From: Bdellovibrionales bacterium
Lineage (GTDB): Bacteria; Bdellovibrionota; Bdellovibrionia; Bdellovibrionales; JAMPXM01
Assembly (NCBI GenBank): GCA_016713885.1
Contig: JADJOF010000013.1
Location: forward strand, 2,223 to 66,222
Length of the DNA stretch: 64,000 nucleotides
Direction of reading: 5' to 3'
Numbering within the stretch: the stretch's first letter is position 1; each line of letters starts with the position of its first letter. The position numbers and the translations under genes are program-made. Of this stretch, positions 10,002 through 20,119 are shown one piece after another. The notes beneath the pieces are model-generated. The model saw nothing but the letters and a program-made list of their open reading frames with translations, did no database searches and had not been told where the DNA came from.

Positions 10002-10917
10002 GCGTTCGCAGTTTTGAAACAAAGTCGGAAGAAGCACAAAGATAGATTCTTTGCCAAGTAGTTTTAGTCCATCGCAGCTCTGGAGGGAGTGGCGATGATG
10101 GTCGGTGGTTGATGGCGGCGATAAGCGATTGGTCAAGGTGGCCGATGCGCTCACTCAGGTACTTTCGAGCGGGCGTGATGTCGCGGTAGATGGCACTTTC
10201 TTGCAAAAGCCGCATGGCCTCAGAGCTATGAATGCCAAAGTTGAGATTCTGACCGTCGCGTTCATATTGATAGACGATGCCGATCACGTGGCCGTGGTCG
10301 TTGATTATGGGACCGCCGCTATTCCCAGGGCTGATGGCGGCATCAGTTTGGATCTCGCTCCATCCGCTCGGATGTTTGCGAACAGCGCTGATGATGCCCT
10401 TTGAGATTGAAAAGTCGAGGCCGCGAGGATGGCCGATTGTGACAATAGACTCGCCGGGCGTTGCTTCGTGATCTTCGACTGGAAGAATGACGGAGGGTTT
10501 GTACTTCACCTTAAGAAGACACAGATCGATTCCGCGCGAGTCGCCACAGGCTCCGATGCTAACGCTCTTAAAGACCCGTCCGTCGGCCGTTTTGATTTCG
10601 ATCGTTGACCGCGGGTGTGCAAGGTGGGGGCGGACGACGTGAAGATTAGTTGCAAGCTCCCCCGACTTGGAGATGAAGAAGCCGGTGCCGACGCCGAGTG
10701 AGGCTCCACCTAAAAAAACCTCGATTCGAACAATGGCGTTTTTGTATTTCCGAAACACCACGTCAGGGGTGAGCTCAGCTCCGGCGGCATGAACCGGTAT
10801 GAGTTGGGTGGTGGCGACGATGGCGGCACTGCTGACGGCGCTGGCAATGATCTTCGTCACGAATCGCGTCATTGCGATAAGCTTCTGAAAAAACTGTGAA
10901 TTCAATTGCTGCGCCAT
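9994..10917 (-). CDS. secreted trypsin-like (S1) serine protease
   Basis: Signal-like MTRFVTKIIASAVSSAAIVATTQLIPVHA (alternative start 10872). Motifs GTGFFISKSGELATNLHVV, GDSRGIDLCLLKV and TDAAISPGNSGGPII give a His/Asp/Ser triad context. Confidence 0.85.
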   Translation of the reverse strand: MAQQLNSQFFQKLIAMTRFVTKIIASAVSSAAIVATTQLIPVHAAGAELTPDVVFRKYKNAIVRIEVFLGGASLGVGTGFFISKSGELATNLHVVRPHLAHPRSTIEIKTADGRVFKSVSIGACGDSRGIDLCLLKVKYKPSVILPVEDHEATPGESIVTIGHPRGLDFSISKGIISAVRKHPSGWSEIQTDAAISPGNSGGPIINDHGHVIGIVYQYERDGQNLNFGIHSSEAMRLLQESAIYRDITPARKYLSERIGHLDQSLIAAINHRPSSPLPPELRWTKTTWQRIYLCASSDFVSKLRTHG

Positions 10918-10965
10918 CTCTTGGCTTATCGGAATGAGTCATGGGAGCATTGAACGATTCCGGAG

Positions 10966-11700
10966 GTGTTTGTGGTCGGGTCGGGGTATCAACGAAGCGG
11001 CGTTTTGATGGCTCTTGGAATATTCGCTTTCGCGTCACTTGGAATGGCTACGACCAGCGATGATCGAGGTCTTACCGTGACGGGTACTTGTCTTAAGTCC
11101 GTGGCGCCCGACCGCGGCAGCGTCACGATCGGCGCTTCGGTCCTCGATCGAGACTCCGAGCTTGCGATGCGATCGGCGACCAAGGTCTATGACGCTGTTC
11201 GAAAAGCGATCGTCGGACTCAAACTCAAAGAGATGGAGCTACAGACGTCCGGAGTTTCGCTGAACGAAGAGACCGAGTGGTTGAATAATCGCAGCGTCTC
11301 TAAGGGCTTTCGTTCGCGCTTGAGTTTGACGGTGACGACGTCCGAAATTTCGCGCTTGGGTGAAATTGTAAAGGCGGCGGCTACTCAGGGCGCCAAAGAA
11401 GTGCATTCGATGCAGATGGCGTTGTCGCCAGAGAAACAAAAGAAAGAACACGAGTCGTGTTTAGAAGAGGCCGTTCGCAATGCGCGAGCGAAGGCGGAGG
11501 CGATCGGAAAAGCGGCAGGAACTCGTGTTGGGAAACTGCTCGATGCTGTCGAGCAATTCGAGCAGACGGGGATTCCGGTGCCGATGCCGATGGCGCGGAT
11601 GGAGCTCGCGAGTAAATCGGCAGATTATGCGCCTGCGACAGGCGACGCTGCTGATTTGAAGGTGAATGTTTCGGTTCGTACCCGGTTTGGAATTGAATGA
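10966..11700 (+). CDS. SIMPL (DUF541) domain periplasmic protein
   Basis: LTVTGTCLKSVAPDRGSVTIGA..KGFRSRLSLTVTT..CLEEAVRNARAKAEAIGKAAG pattern. A signal-like N-terminus is present. Confidence 0.75.
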   Translation: MFVVGSGYQRSGVLMALGIFAFASLGMATTSDDRGLTVTGTCLKSVAPDRGSVTIGASVLDRDSELAMRSATKVYDAVRKAIVGLKLKEMELQTSGVSLNEETEWLNNRSVSKGFRSRLSLTVTTSEISRLGEIVKAAATQGAKEVHSMQMALSPEKQKKEHESCLEEAVRNARAKAEAIGKAAGTRVGKLLDAVEQFEQTGIPVPMPMARMELASKSADYAPATGDAADLKVNVSVRTRFGIE

Positions 11701-12320
11701 TTAAATCCGTCGTCTTTGATCTTGGTGGCGTGCTTGTCGATTGGAGTCCTCGCTATGTCTACTCGCGAGAGCAAGACTCCTATCGGTTGGATCGTTTTTT
11801 AGCAGAGGTTGCCACCGGTGAGTGGAACTCACAGATGGATGCCGGTGAACTTTTTCAGACGGCGATTGATCAGCGCGCGACCGAGTTCCCAGAGTGGCGC
11901 GAATGGCTACAGAAGTGGCGCGATGAGTGGCCGACGATGTTGCGTGGACCAATTGATGGGACCGTGTCGCTTTTTGAACAGGTTGTTGAGCAACGTCGAC
12001 GCGGGCATCTTGCCGGCGTCTATGCGCTCAGTAACTGGGAGGCGAATACTTTTAAAATCGCTCGCGCCCGCTTTCCTTTTCTTGAGCTCTTTGACGGTCG
12101 CTTGATTTCGGGAGAAGAGCGCTTGATCAAACCTGATCCGCGCTTTTTTCATCTTCTGCAGAGTCGATTTTCTTTAAAACCAAGCGAAACTTTGTTTATT
12201 GATGACGTCGCAAAGAACATCGATGCTGCTGAAGCGATTGGTTTTCAAACCCATCACTTTACATCGCCCGATGCTTTGCAGGCAGTTTTGCTTAAACGCG
12301 GAGTAATCCAATCGATATGA
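11697..12320 (+). CDS. HAD-family hydrolase
   Basis: N-terminal VVFDLGGVLVDW and C-terminal LFIDDVAKNI motifs. Overlaps both neighbours by ATGA. Confidence 0.8.
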   Translation: MIKSVVFDLGGVLVDWSPRYVYSREQDSYRLDRFLAEVATGEWNSQMDAGELFQTAIDQRATEFPEWREWLQKWRDEWPTMLRGPIDGTVSLFEQVVEQRRRGHLAGVYALSNWEANTFKIARARFPFLELFDGRLISGEERLIKPDPRFFHLLQSRFSLKPSETLFIDDVAKNIDAAEAIGFQTHHFTSPDALQAVLLKRGVIQSI

Positions 12321-13382
12321 TCACACGTCCACTGCGCGAACGAATGCAAATCGACAAGAAGGATCAAGAGGCTACGACAAGCTCGCCGCTGTGGCTTGTT
12401 CGAATCGCAATTCTCGCGGCACTTGCGGTATTGGTTTGGATTAATCGCGGCTATTTAAAACCGATTGCGATGGCGGGGCTTTTTGCTTCGACACTGTATC
12501 CGGTTTTCCTGAAACTCGAGACGAAGGTGCCGTCGCGAGCCTTCCGGGCCGGATTGCTAACGACACTTTTTGCCGTCGGTTTATTGTTCGATCGGCATGT
12601 TGCCTTTCTCGCGGCCGATGCTGGTGTGCGGAAGTTCCAGAATCTTCCGACAGATTGGGCCAGTGCCTTCGCCTTGACCCATGGATGGATCGATTGGCGG
12701 CCCTTTTGCCTTTTCAAAAGGAAGATATCATTCGAGTGATCGAGCAGGGTGGTACGGCTGTCGGAAAGTCGACGCTCGGGCTACTTCAAAACCTCGTCAG
12801 CGACCTTCCCAAGCTCACAATTGACAATGCTGTTATTGTGATTGGCCTCTATGTTTTTTCTTGCGGACCCACATCGAGTCCTGCCTTGGCTCATTCGTGT
12901 TTCGCCACTGAAGCGAGAGAAGACGACTTTGCTTTTTGAGTCGATTGGCTCACTATCGAGTTCGGTTATTTTTGCGACGGTGGCCTCGGGGCTGGTGCAA
13001 TCACTCTTGATTGGATTGGCCTGCCTCATTCTTTCGGCTCCAGGCACGTTGCTCATTACCATGAGTGCTTTTGTGCTCTCTTTTATCCCTGTCGTTGGTA
13101 CGATGCCGATCTCGGTGTATTTGATTGGATCCTCATTTCTGAGCGGGGATTGGACTTTCGGTTATTGGATTTTCGATTGCGGCTATGGTTGTCGGTTTGT
13201 CGGACAACTTTGTTCGTCCTTACGTACTGAGTGGATCTTCAAAGCTTCATCCCTTGGTCGGGTTTATTGCCGCATTTGGAGCCCTTGAGACGATTGGTTT
13301 CTATGGCCTCTTCCTAGGTCCCGTCTTGGCGGGTGCGGTTTTCACGCTCGTGGAGTTGGTTCTCGATAAAGAAACCGCGTAG
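12317..13382 (+). pseudogene. AI-2E family transporter (PerM/UPF0118), three frameshifts
   Basis: A polytopic membrane protein spread over four overlapping ORFs. Switches fit the G3 run at 12657-12659, the T6 run at 12854-12859 and the G4 run at 13145-13148. The C-terminal segment SDNFVRPYVL..GFYGLFLGPVLAG is typical. Confidence 0.75.
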
Positions 13383-13394
13383 ACTATTACTGAG

Positions 13395-14753
13395 ATGAGT
13401 CAAAACTTCGATCTGATCGTTATTGGTTCTGGCCCCGGTGGCCAGAAGGCCGCTGTTCAAGCGGCAAAACTCGGAAAGTCTGTTCTCGTTGTCGAGAAAG
13501 ACAGGCTGGGCGGCTCTTGTTTACAACTCGGAACGATCCCGTCAAAGGCTCTTCGAGAATCGGCCTTGATGGCGAATCCAGGTGAGCTTTCATTGTTCAC
13601 GGTGATCGAGCGCACAAAACGGATTATCCAGAAGAGCGCGAGGTGATTGAGAATAGCCTCGAGCGAAATGGTATTCAAGTTGTGAGCGGCAGTGGTTCGT
13701 TTCACGATGCAAAAACGATCATTGTCGAGAAGGATGGAGTCGCAACGCGCTTCACGGGTGAGAAGATTGTCATTGCGACCGGCACGCGTCCGCGTCGAGC
13801 ACCCGAGTTTGATTTTGACGGCTTTACGATTTTTGATTCTGACACGATTTTGGAGATGAAATTCCAGCCGCGCACGCTCCTTGTTATTGGTGCGGGTGTT
13901 ATCGGAGTTGAGTACGCATCGATTTTTGCTCGAACGGGCGTACGAGTGACTCTCTACGATGCGCGGCCAGATCTTCTAAAGTCGATTGATAAAGAGATGG
14001 TCTCGGCTCTGACCAAGCAGTTCGCAAAATCAGGAATGAAGCTACGCTTAGGGTGGACGCTGCATTCAGTCGAGACGGTACCGGGAGAAACGGGTCGTGC
14101 TTGGCGGGCTGATGCGACTTATACCAAAGATGACGAGGCCATCACCGAGAAGTTTGATGCGGTTCTTGTTTGCCAAGGTCGCACTGGGAATTTCGAGAAG
14201 CTTGGTCTCGACCGCGTCGGTTTAAAGCCCGACGACCGCGGCTCGCTCAAGGTGAACAAAAACTATCAGACGTCCGTTCCCAATATTTACGCCGTTGGCG
14301 ACATCATCGGCGCTCGGCTCTTGCGGCATCGTCGGCCGAGCAAGGGCGATTGGCGGCATTGCATGCCTTTACCGGTGCCGACGCTCGTTTTCCAGAGACG
14401 TTTCCGTATGGCATTTATACGATCCCGGAGATTTCCTCAGTCGGCATGCAAGAGGAAGAGCTTGAAGCTAAAGGTGTGCAGTACATCGTCGGTAAGGCCA
14501 CGTACTCCGAACTCGCTCGCGGCAAAATGATCGAAGACGAATTTGGTTTTTGAAATTGATCATTCACGCCAAGACCAAACGAGTGATCGGCGTTCACGTT
14601 ATCGGCACCGGCGCCACCGAGCTTGTTCACATTGGACAGGTGGCGATGGCCTTTGGTGCAACCGTCGACTTCTTTGTCGACAACGTCTTCAACTACCCCA
14701 CGCTCGCAGAAGCCTACAAAGTCGCGGCCTACAGCGCAAAAAATCAGCTCTAG
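13395..14753 (+). pseudogene. sthA: soluble pyridine nucleotide transhydrogenase-like flavoprotein, three frameshifts
   Basis: [15 protein letters not shown] and [17 protein letters not shown] (the second Cys of the lipoamide-dehydrogenase disulfide is replaced by Thr, as in SthA). Four frames are used. Switches are near 13630-13640, near 14309-14312 and at the T5 run 14547-14551. Confidence 0.75.
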
Positions 14754-14770
14754 CCCGCCGAAGCCCCACG

Positions 14771-14823
14771 GGTACAATGTACCTTTCCGCGACGCAGAGA
14801 GTCGCCGAAAGGTACATTGTACC
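14771..14823. terminator. long hairpin between convergent genes, built from two copies of a palindromic repeat
   Basis: GGTACAATGTACCTTTC (14771-14787) pairs perfectly with GAAAGGTACATTGTACC (14807-14823). Five more base pairs follow after one mismatch; the loop is GCAGAGA. It sits between the sthA stop (14753) and the PLD stop (14823). Confidence 0.55.
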
Positions 14824-17064
14824 TAAAGAAGCATCATCAGTGAGTTGAACGTGTTGGCCATCTCGATCTGGCGCAATTCACGGGCGCTGTTGCTCGTGGC
14901 CATGCTGTCTTCGACTCCCGTTGTATCGCGTGGGACAAACTCAATGTTGAGCAGCGCCTGGTTTGTCTCGTAGACGTAGTTAAGAATACGAGTCACCTCG
15001 GTGACGATGATCTTTTCGCGCTTCGGAGTGATGAAGCCACTGCCGTTGTACTTGGTGATCATCTCTTTGATCGACACGATATCTTCTTGCAGTATGTTGT
15101 CGTGTGAACGGGTGAGGAGATCGGCCATCAGGTCAGTGACCCGTGACTTGTCGCTTGCAATGCGACCGACGAAGTTCTGATACTCGCGAACAAAGTCTTT
15201 TGCTCCACGAAAGAAGAACCCGTTATTGGTGTCCATGAAGTAACTTCGAACATCGGCATTCGCGGAACCAATGATGACGTCATCGCCTAGGACATTGACC
15301 TTGGTGTGCAGCGACCGTGTCGTCTCGCCGTTTTCAGGCGCCTTGTACTCCATGATCTTGATGCGCGCTTTTGCTGGAGAGCGACTTTGCGATGCGATAT
15401 CGGAAAGTGCTTTCAGTTGATGGCGCGCGAAGAAGTTCACAACGTTCAGGTCGGTTGTCTTGGGCGAGTTTGTCAGCACAAGAACGTCGACATTGCGACA
15501 GTTCCATGTGCCATTGAACATCGCGCCCAGAGCCATCATCACGTTTGAAGGGAACAGAACATAGCCCTGGTGCAAGATGACGCGTTTCTTGACGCCACTT
15601 TCAGTCGACACTTTGCAGGTGTTGCGAAGCCCTTGAACGAGTAGGCTGTGGATGTACTTTCCGTTCTTCTCATCCTTACCTTGAGCAGACCCGTAGACAC
15701 GAGTTTCAGATCCGACGGTGACGGACTTATTGTAAGGAATGTTTTCGATGTAGGTGAGGACCATCGAACTGACATCGCTCTTCGACATCGAGTCGTCAGT
15801 TGAAAGCGAGTTTCTCCACGAGTTCAGAGCCTTCGGCTGATACTGGGTGCGATAGACTTCGGCATGCTGACGAAGTGTTTTCAGTGCCTCATCTTGGCGC
15901 TGGTCGGCCGTCGACAGAACCTGAGTTTTCAGGCCGTCTTCAATACACTGCTCATAACGCGAGAACTGGGTCGCTTTAACCGGCGCACAGGCGGCCACGG
16001 CTTGGGCAACGGCGGGAATGTTTTTAACTAGATCATTTGGAAGTTCGGTTTGAACTTGCGCGAGTGTGGCCGTCATTGCTTTGAATTCGAAGAGGCGATC
16101 ATAGGCTTTGGCGACGTCGCTATTCTTTTTACTCATCTTCACAGCCATGTCGGTGTCCATAAAGATGTACTTCTTCGTCAGAGCATTGGGCTGCATGTGA
16201 TAAGAGTCTTCGATGTTGCGGCCGCCCAATTGAATGAACGAGTCGTCAATTGCCAGAAGCTTATGGTGGGTGAAGTCGGTCAGATGCTTCCAGTCTTTCT
16301 TCGCAGCTTCGTTGCGTTCGCGCTCCACGGGCAGCGTGCTGCTGATCATGTTGTAGATGGGACCGAGCTTGTCCCCATACATCGCAAACGCCATGCTCAA
16401 TTTAATTTTTGCTTCGAGGCTACCGCGAAACTTAGCATCAAAAAACAAGTTTGCCGAATTCTTTGAGCTGTTCCAGCTCCTCTTCGCTTGGCTTGGCTCC
16501 ACCGGCGGCAGCAGGATTGAAGCCGCTGCCTTCAATGGCGGCAAGCTTCAAAGCGCTTGGATTCTTTGAATAGAGGCCAGAAAGGAAGAGCTTTAGGAAT
16601 AGCGACTTTGATCCGTTTGGATCTTTGGCGAAATATTTTTCGACGTTGGCGAGCTTTTCGTCCGAGCAAGCGGTCATGCCCTTCGCGCTTGTTTCGGGGC
16701 CGCACGCCGACGTGAGGAATTTCGCATCTTTCTTAATCTCAATGGTGGGCCGGTTAAAGAGGCGAATGTCCATTTTGCCACGGCCGGAGTTACCCTGTGC
16801 CATCATCGCGATCAAGAGATCGAGATGCTTGTAGTTCGTGTGATAATCAAGCAAGAGCTTGACGCTCACTCCGCGCTTGGCTGCGGCGATCAATTCTTCG
16901 GTCAGAACGGACGAACTGTAGTCGTCAGAAAAGATGTAATAAACCATCCGGATCGATGACTTTGCATTGCGAATGGCCTCAAGCTTCGATTGAAAAGCGG
17001 CGTCGTTGTCGACAATCACACGTGCAGATTCAACGGGAAGACGTTTTGATGAAGAGGCATCCAT
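14823..17064 (-). pseudogene. phospholipase D family protein, main body (IS-interrupted, frameshifted)
   Basis: Two HKD motifs (HHKLLAIDDSFIQLGGRNIED and SLHTKVNVLGDDVIIGSANAD). The 208-aa and 573-aa ORFs overlap at 16438-16544, and the switch fits the A6/T6 run at 16440-16445. The 5' end abuts the IS21 element. Confidence 0.85.
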
Positions 17065-17136
17065 GTGTCCGATTTCGCGTAACGGAGCCGGCCAATTTCA
17101 CCAATCGGAGCCACCGGAGCGCCAGCGACGTGCTTC

Positions 17137-17912
17137 CTAACTGAGCAGCCGTTCTGCTTCAAGTCTTTTTCCCGCAGGTAGCTTCGTTTGAAGTTTTTCG
17201 CGATAGCTTCCGCCCTTCAAATTGAGTCGCTGACTTGGGTGTTCGAGCCGATTGACGATGGCCTCGGCAATGACTGGATCTTCAAAGAGCTTCGTCCAGC
17301 CGCGAGGGTCGACTTGTGACGTCACAATGACCGAGCCCTTACGATGTCGGTCCTCGAGTAGATCGACGAGCACAGTGGCCTCGTCGTGCGTGTAGTTGCG
17401 AAGCCCAAAGTCATCCAAGATCAATGCGCGGATACTGCTGAGACGTTTGATGTAGCCAAGGTACTTGCCTGAAGCTCAGGCCGCTTGAACCTCTTCGAAA
17501 AGAAAACTGACCGGGATAAACAATGTGGAAATGTTGTCGGCGCAAAGTCTGCGACCGATGGCGACTGCAAGATGAGTTTTTCCCTCGCCGGTCTTTCCGA
17601 GAATGAGGAGGTTCTCGTTTGATTGCACAAACCATGAGTTGAGATTTCGCGAAGTTTTGCTTTTGTAAGCCCGCGGTCAAATGTCTGGTCCCAATCTTCA
17701 AGCTCAACGGCCGATCTAAACTTCGCGCGAGTCGTCAGCATTTTCGCAACACGCTCTTTTCGTTGAAGGACCTCATCTTCAAGTATGAGCCGCAGAAACT
17801 CGAGATGACTCAAGCCCTGGCCTGCGGCCTGGTTTGCTCTCGCTTCGAAGTTTGCATGCATGCCGAACAGCCTCAAGCTGTGCGCCGTTGTTTTTATCTG
17901 GTCATTGATCAT
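17137..17912 (-). pseudogene. istB: IstB-like ATPase of IS21, frameshift plus in-frame TGA
   Basis: Walker A LILGKTGEGKTHLAVAIG and Walker B ALILDDFG. One frame change near 17640. An in-frame TGA at 17476-17478 falls where Arg would fit (EEVQAA*ASGKYLG). Confidence 0.8.
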
Positions 17913-19395
17913 CGAATCTCTCCTCATTTGTTTGGGTGTGCTCATGTACGTAGATATCATTTGCATCTCGCCTTGGGGCTGCACGGACCAGCGACGGCCT
18001 TCCGCCATTTTTATCGAAGTACTCGGCCGTCGCTTGGATGTAGGGAAACCGCAGCCGGTTATATGTCAGTGCCGCCTTTGCTGCATATTCGAGACCCGCC
18101 GTTGTCGCTCTTTTGATTCATGAAGCCGCAAGATTCCCTGAACCCGACGCAAGTGTTTGAGTGGAAACGCGCCGCCGAGAAGTTCAGTTACGAGCTTCAG
18201 CGTCTCTTCGCCAATTGCTTCAGCCTGGCGAAGCGCGCCTGAATCGAGAACTGCGTGAGCGCCAGCTTCTCAGCCGGATAGTGACTTAAATTTGTAGAAT
18301 GGGCCTCTTTCCCTAGGAGACGACTATGTGAGGCAAGTGGATTGAGGTCTTCATCGAAAATCTCAATGAGCCTTGCCGTGATGCGCACGCGAACTTCGCG
18401 GCCCACAAATTGAAATGGTACTGAGTAGCTCTTTTTTTAAAACCTGTATATGGCAATCCGGATGGACTTTTTGCTTTTCGCCACTCGCTTTGCTCCCAGT
18501 TCTCGCTTGGACATGGCTTTAAAAGCGAACGCTCGCCGTCGAACCGCTCGCGGCGACTAACACCCCAGTCCTTCATGAGCGTGCCATTCAACCGCTCAAG
18601 ATACTCCCGAAAGGCGATGTTGAGTTCGCTAAGCGAGTAAAACTTGCGCTCACGTACCTCTTGGAAGAACTGCCGCTGTACGACGCCAATAGCAGATTCG
18701 TTTGCGCCTTTGTCGCGCGGCCGAAATGGCCGCGCGGGTACAACGGCAAAGCCCCAGTGGTTTGCAAAGTCCACAAATGTCGGATTGACGTCAGGGTCAT
18801 ACCAATGCGCGCGGTCAACTGCAGCCTTTTGATTGTCGACTGTCACATAGGGCGTGACGCCACCGAAGTATCGAAAGGCACTCTCCATTGAGCGGGTCAG
18901 GTCTTCGCGCTTTTGTGTGAATGTGAATTCGCCATAGGCGTACGAACTCATCGCCATGACACCACACATGAACGACGTTGATTTCACTTCGCCTGTTTCG
19001 CGGCAAATAATGTCGATGCCTTCGCTGTAGTCGAAGAAACATTTCTCTCCCGGCACATGCGTTAGCCGCATCGTCACCGTCGGAAGTTCTGGATACGTCT
19101 TTCGAAATTGTCGCCAGAACTGCACATAGCTGATCGTTTGGCCCGCGTGCTCACGCGCCAGAACATTCAATTGAACGCCGCGAGAAACTTCCGAGCCGAA
19201 CCTTCCCAGTCGATCGACTTTGACCAATCTGGCTCAATAGCGCCAGGTGCCGTCAGCTCGCCACGCTTGATGACCCGACGGATCGTGTTGCGGCCGACCT
19301 TCAAAATCTTCGCGATCTGCCGCGACTTTTATGCCTTTGGAATGAAGCTCCAAAATCTGTTTCTGCATCGCAATCGACACCTTTACCGCCGCCAT
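17902..19395 (-). pseudogene. istA: IstA-like transposase of IS21, at least five frameshifts
   Basis: HTH-like start MAAVKVSIAMQKQILELHSKGIK/SRQIAKILKVGRNTIRRVIK, with the catalytic core in ORF 18313..19227. The stop overlaps the istB start (ATGATCAATGA). Confidence 0.8.
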
Positions 19396-19576
19396 CAGTC
19401 ACCCCCGGTGGCGATCGCAGCATTCGTGTTTTTGGTTGTCGCTGATGCTCTGAATCAAATCCGCCAGATCCATCACAAGTGGATCCGTTGGATGAAATTA
19501 GGTGGCTCCGATTGATGAAATCGAGTGGATCCGTTTCATGAAATTGGGTGGCTCCGATCGACGAAATCGGTCACCA

Positions 19577-19709
19577 TGATCTCATCGATCGTAAGATCGC
19601 CTGTTTCAATGGGGCCCCAGTCCGGGCGGGCAGCGTTGCTAAACGGGGCGGCGGTAACGACTTAAAGGCTCAACGTCGTGCTGAGCGTGCGGCGAAGGAA
19701 CTGGCGCAT
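19577..19709 (-). pseudogene. 5' fragment of the PLD-family gene, displaced by IS21
   Basis: AAGGAG SD lies 6-7 nt before ATG 19709. MRQFLRRTLSTTLSL-TAA-VVTAAPFSNAARPDWGPIETGDLTIDEIM reads in frame across the target duplication into DASSSKRLP at 17061. An in-frame TAA occurs at 19662-19664. Confidence 0.7.
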
Positions 19710-20119
19710 AAACTCTCCTTAAATGCGAGAAACTATGCGATCGCTACGCAATTGGCGTACCGGGCGGCGGGTGCGTCAGTTCGATTTAAGCAGCGGCAGT
19801 TGAAGAGTTTTCTCAGTGGATCGAGTAAAACAGCCAGACTGACACCCACTCCATCACGGACTTGGCTGCGACTGAATGGGTGAATTTAGAAATACAACGT
19901 TCAGCGTTGCCGAGTATCGCTGTCCAAGGCTTTGTTTGAAAATGAGCGTTTTCGTAACAAGCATTACTTAAGAGCCCAAAGCATCATAAAATCTTGCAAG
20001 CTTCTTTCTCTTAAGTATGAATCAGAATTGCGCACTCGCTGCAACTTAGCGCCATCCCACACAAAATTTTGTACTTGGATATGGTCTTCGTTATCCAATG
20101 CGGGTTACGATAGAACTTG

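Larger units (their letters stand above)
17066..19573 (-). mobile_element. IS21-family insertion sequence (2508 bp)
   Basis: Terminal IRs are TGTCCGATTTCG and TGACCGATTTCG. Reiterated subterminal repeats (..CGGAGCCACC..AATTTCA..) occur at both ends. Flanking 5-bp direct repeat CCATG lies at 17061-17065 and 19574-19578. istA-istB gene order. Confidence 0.9.

Noticed and set aside
19480-19573. Clustered 20-nt direct and inverted repeats (GGTGGCTCCGATTGATGAAAT and similar) as a possible CRISPR or iteron array.
   Set aside because: They mirror the repeats at 17066-17115 and are the multiple IstA-binding terminal repeats typical of IS21-family ends.
17476-19664. In-frame TGA (istB) and TAA (PLD) as evidence for stop-codon reassignment.
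   Set aside because: TGA, TAA and TAG all terminate well-supported genes throughout the window, for example TGA at 2161, TAA at 3879 and TAG at 4983.
19548-19883. 111-aa plus-strand ORF downstream of IS21.
   Set aside because: It begins inside the IS21 terminal repeats. It lies opposite the PLD 5' fragment, which has an SD, an ATG and frame continuity across the target duplication.
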